Source: Naegleria gruberi (lineage: Eukaryota). From it: a stretch of DNA of 1,124 nt. Of the stretch, positions 1 through 1,124 are shown piece after piece. Position 1 is the first letter of the stretch. Each line of letters starts with the position of its first letter. The stretch is taken from assembly GCA_000004985.1 (NCBI GenBank), contig GG739544.1, one strand, 5' to 3'. Made by a program: the position numbers and the translations under genes. The notes below the pieces were generated by a model, which was not told where the DNA came from, searched no databases, and was given only the letters and a program-made list of their open reading frames with translations.

Positions 1-590
1 TCCAAACCCAAACCCAAACCCAAACCCAAACCCAAACCCAAACCCAAACCCAAACCCAAACCCAAACCCAAACCCAAACCCAAACCCAAACCCAAACCCA
101 AACCCAAACCCAAACCCAAACCCAAACCCAAACCCAAACCCAAACCCAAACCCAAACCCAAACCCAAACCCAAACCCAAACCCAAACCCAAACCCAAACC
201 CAAACCCAAACCCAAACCCAAACCCAACCCAAACCCAAACCCAAACCCAAACCCAAACCCAAACCCAAACCCAAACCCAAACCCAACCCAAACCCAAACC
301 CAAACCCAAACCCAAACCCAAACCCAAACCCAAACCCAAACCCAAACCCAAACCCAAACCCAAACCCAAACCCAAACCCAAACCCAAACCCAAACCCAAA
401 CCCAAACCCAAACCCAAACCCAAACCCAAACCCAAACCCAAACCCAAACCCAAACCCAAACCCAAACCCAAACCCAAACCCAAACCCAAACCCAAACCCA
501 AACCCAAACCCAAACCCAAACCCAACCAAAACCCAAAACCCAAACCCAACCCAAACCCAAACCCAAACCCAAACCCCCAACCCCCAACCA
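1..590. repeat. Telomeric tandem repeat (CCCAAA)n, about 98 units, written as the C-strand. The G-strand TTTGGG lies on the minus strand and runs 5'->3' toward position 1, so this is a left chromosome terminus.
   Basis: Directly seen. Apart from a single T at position 1, bases 1-590 contain only C and A, in a strict 6-bp period of CCCAAA. Two interior 5-bp units (CCCAA) sit at 223-227 and 282-286. The innermost 521-590 is degenerate: cccaa / ccaaaa / cccaaaa / cccaaa / cccaa / cccaaa x4 / cccccaa / cccccaa / cca. A sharp transition to mixed-composition sequence follows at 591 (ttacttgcaaattgtgcc...). A C3A3/T3G3 unit is of the ciliate T2-4G3-4 type; TTTGGG is one of the two units reported for Paramecium telomeres. 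It is not TTAGGG, TTTAGGG or TTGGGG. Confidence 0.9.
521..590. repeat. Degenerate telomere-proximal (innermost) repeat zone with variant units CCCAA, CCAAAA, CCCAAAA and CCCCCAA
   Basis: Directly seen: cccaaccaaaacccaaaacccaaacccaacccaaacccaaacccaaacccaaacccccaacccccaacca. Variant units concentrated at the internal edge of a telomere array are typical. The oldest repeats accumulate mutations or reflect the earliest, more error-prone rounds of synthesis. Confidence 0.75.
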
Positions 591-719
591 TTACTTGCAA
601 ATTGTGCCGATTTTAGTCAATTGCAACATTTGAATTTGAGAAGTAATGGAATTAATTTTGAAGGAATTAATGCTCTTTCAAAGAGTGAATTTATCAAGAA
701 TTTGAAAAGTTTTGAGATT
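591..719 (+). CDS. Segment A (codons in register with position 591) of a 5'-truncated RNI-like LRR protein. Translation: [43 protein letters not shown], followed by TAA TAA. There is no start codon; the frame stays open upstream through the whole telomere array.
   Basis: Translating codons starting at 591 (tta ctt gca aat tgt gcc gat ttt agt caa ttg caa cat ttg aat ttg aga agt aat gga att aat ttt gaa gga att aat gct ctt tca aag agt gaa ttt atc aag aat ttg aaa agt ttt gag att) gives a clean 27-aa LRR unit, [27 protein letters not shown]. The start of the next unit, LKSFEI, follows. There is no in-frame ATG between the telomere junction and the double stop at 720-725. Under the standard code this ORF has no internal stops. 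Confidence 0.6.
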
Positions 720-720
720 T

Positions 721-1124
721 AATAATTTGGGAAAGGAAAGTTTTGAAGTTTTAACAGAAAGTGAAAATTTCAAAAATTTAACAGAACTCAATTTGTACAA
801 TTCCACAAATGCATCTAGTAATCGTCCTAGACGTGCGTTCATGATGGAGTATAGAACAAATGACGAATCTTATCAGAAATTGGTAAAAAGTCCCTATTTA
901 AAAAATTTGAAAAGTTTGAATTTGAGATATTGTGATATTGGAAATGCATTCGCAATAGAGCTTTCGAATAATATTGAAATGAGGAATTTAACAACACTCA
1001 ATCTGCAGCATAACTATATCGGAGATGAAGGCCTTAGACATTTATCCACGAGCACACATTTGTCAAATTTAACAAATTTAAACTTGCAATTTAATTGTAT
1101 CTCTGTGGAAGGATCTTTACACAT
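721..1124 (+). CDS. Segment B (+1 register relative to segment A) of the same RNI-like LRR protein. It is partial and continues beyond the 3' end of the window. Translation: NNLGKESFEVLTESENFKN LTELNLYNSTNASSNRPRRAFMMEYRTNDESYQKLVKSPYLKN LKSLNLRYCDIGNAFAIELSNNIEMRN LTTLNLQHNYIGDEGLRHLSTSTHLSN LTNLNLQFNCISVEGSLH...
   Basis: This frame is open from 706 to the end of the window (last full codon 1120-1122), about 139 codons with no stop. Clear RNI-type LRR periodicity appears as L[KT]xLNLxxNxIGxxGxxxLxxxxxxxN at 907-987, 988-1068 and 1069 onward. One expanded unit (781-906, 42 aa) carries a 15-residue insertion, NASSNRPRRAFMMEY, that is more GC-rich than its surroundings. The motif IGDEG...L matches the ribonuclease-inhibitor / NLR-type LRR class. 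All Gln codons are CAA or CAG. A long LRR-consistent ORF in AT-rich DNA is very unlikely by chance. Confidence 0.75.

Larger units (their letters stand above)
591..1124 (+). pseudogene. Candidate LRR gene relic. It is 5'-truncated by the telomere and carries a +1 frame disruption at about 717-727 across a tandem TAA TAA. This is an alternative interpretation of the two CDS segments above.
   Basis: This is inference from two direct observations. First, there is no start codon, promoter or spacer between telomere and coding sequence. Second, the LRR register continues perfectly only if one T of the run at 718-720 is skipped (gag att [t] aat aat ttg gga gives E I N N L G). The 0-frame otherwise hits TAA TAA at 720-725. 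This cannot be distinguished from a homopolymer sequencing error without read-level data. Confidence 0.4.

Noticed and set aside
1-590. Possible CRISPR array or other prokaryotic repeat locus, since the output schema anticipates CRISPR
   Set aside because: The array is a perfectly contiguous 6-bp tandem repeat with no spacers. CRISPR repeats are 24-48 bp and are separated by unique spacers of similar length. Both the composition and the unit are telomeric.
1-602. Open reading frames running through the CCCAAA array (poly Pro-Lys, Gln-Thr and Asn-Pro in the three frames), continuous with the LRR ORF
   Set aside because: C/A-only sequence cannot encode any stop codon or any ATG. The openness is a composition artefact and not evidence of coding. 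Its only significance is that no start codon exists for the LRR gene.
646-705. ATG at 646 in the register of positions 601/646, opening a 19-codon ORF ([19 protein letters not shown])
   Set aside because: It is short, out of frame with the clearly conserved LRR reading, and ends at TGA 703-705. It is most likely a chance ORF overlapping the real coding frame.
720-725. TAA TAA as a genuine tandem termination signal ending a short gene at 719
   Set aside because: The LRR repeat pattern continues without interruption from the very next nucleotide in the +1 frame for more than 130 codons. A true gene end there would not be followed by in-register homologous coding sequence.
709-757. A 49-nt GT...AG interval, gttttgag...ttttaacag, whose length (3n+1) could in principle reconcile the two LRR frames as a short intron
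   Set aside because: The supposed intron itself translates, in the downstream frame, into a well-formed LRR segment (NNLGKESFEVLTE). Removing it would delete an entire repeat unit and leave a non-LRR 9-residue linker. A single-base register slip at 720 explains the data far better.
818-830. GTAATCGTCCTAG, a 13-nt stretch with ciliate-like GTA...TAG intron boundaries inside the GC-richer insertion
   Set aside because: At 13 nt it is shorter than any characterised spliceosomal intron; the smallest known ciliate introns are about 15-16 nt. Its removal would shift the frame and destroy the downstream LRR register.
591-1124. Minus-strand coding potential opposite the LRR gene
   Set aside because: The plus-strand LRR frame is rich in TTA and TCA codons, which become TAA and TGA on the reverse strand. 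No long minus-strand ORF with recognisable protein features is apparent. The plus-strand LRR signal accounts for the region.

Overview
The window is a chromosome end from an AT-rich eukaryote, not a prokaryotic locus. Positions 1-590 are a nearly pure tandem array of about 98 copies of the hexamer CCCAAA (G-strand TTTGGG), written as the C-rich strand 5'->3'. That orientation puts the physical chromosome terminus at the left edge of the window. The array becomes degenerate over its innermost ~70 bp (CCCAA, CCAAAA, CCCAAAA and CCCCCAA units) and ends abruptly at 590/591. Coding sequence for a ribonuclease-inhibitor (RNI)-like leucine-rich-repeat (LRR) protein begins immediately at 591 on the + strand. 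It has six recognisable ~27-residue repeats of the form L[KT]xLNLxxNxIGxxGxxxLxxxxxxxN and runs off the 3' end of the window. The LRR reading frame is open all the way back through the telomere. It has no ATG and no promoter or spacer, so the gene is 5'-truncated exactly at the telomere junction. In addition, the repeat register jumps by +1 nt at about 717-727 across a tandem TAA TAA. The locus therefore looks like a healed chromosome break (de novo telomere addition inside an LRR gene) that also carries an internal frameshift. The obvious alternative is a homopolymer sequencing error. I see no CRISPR array, RNA gene, mobile element or prokaryotic-style operon.
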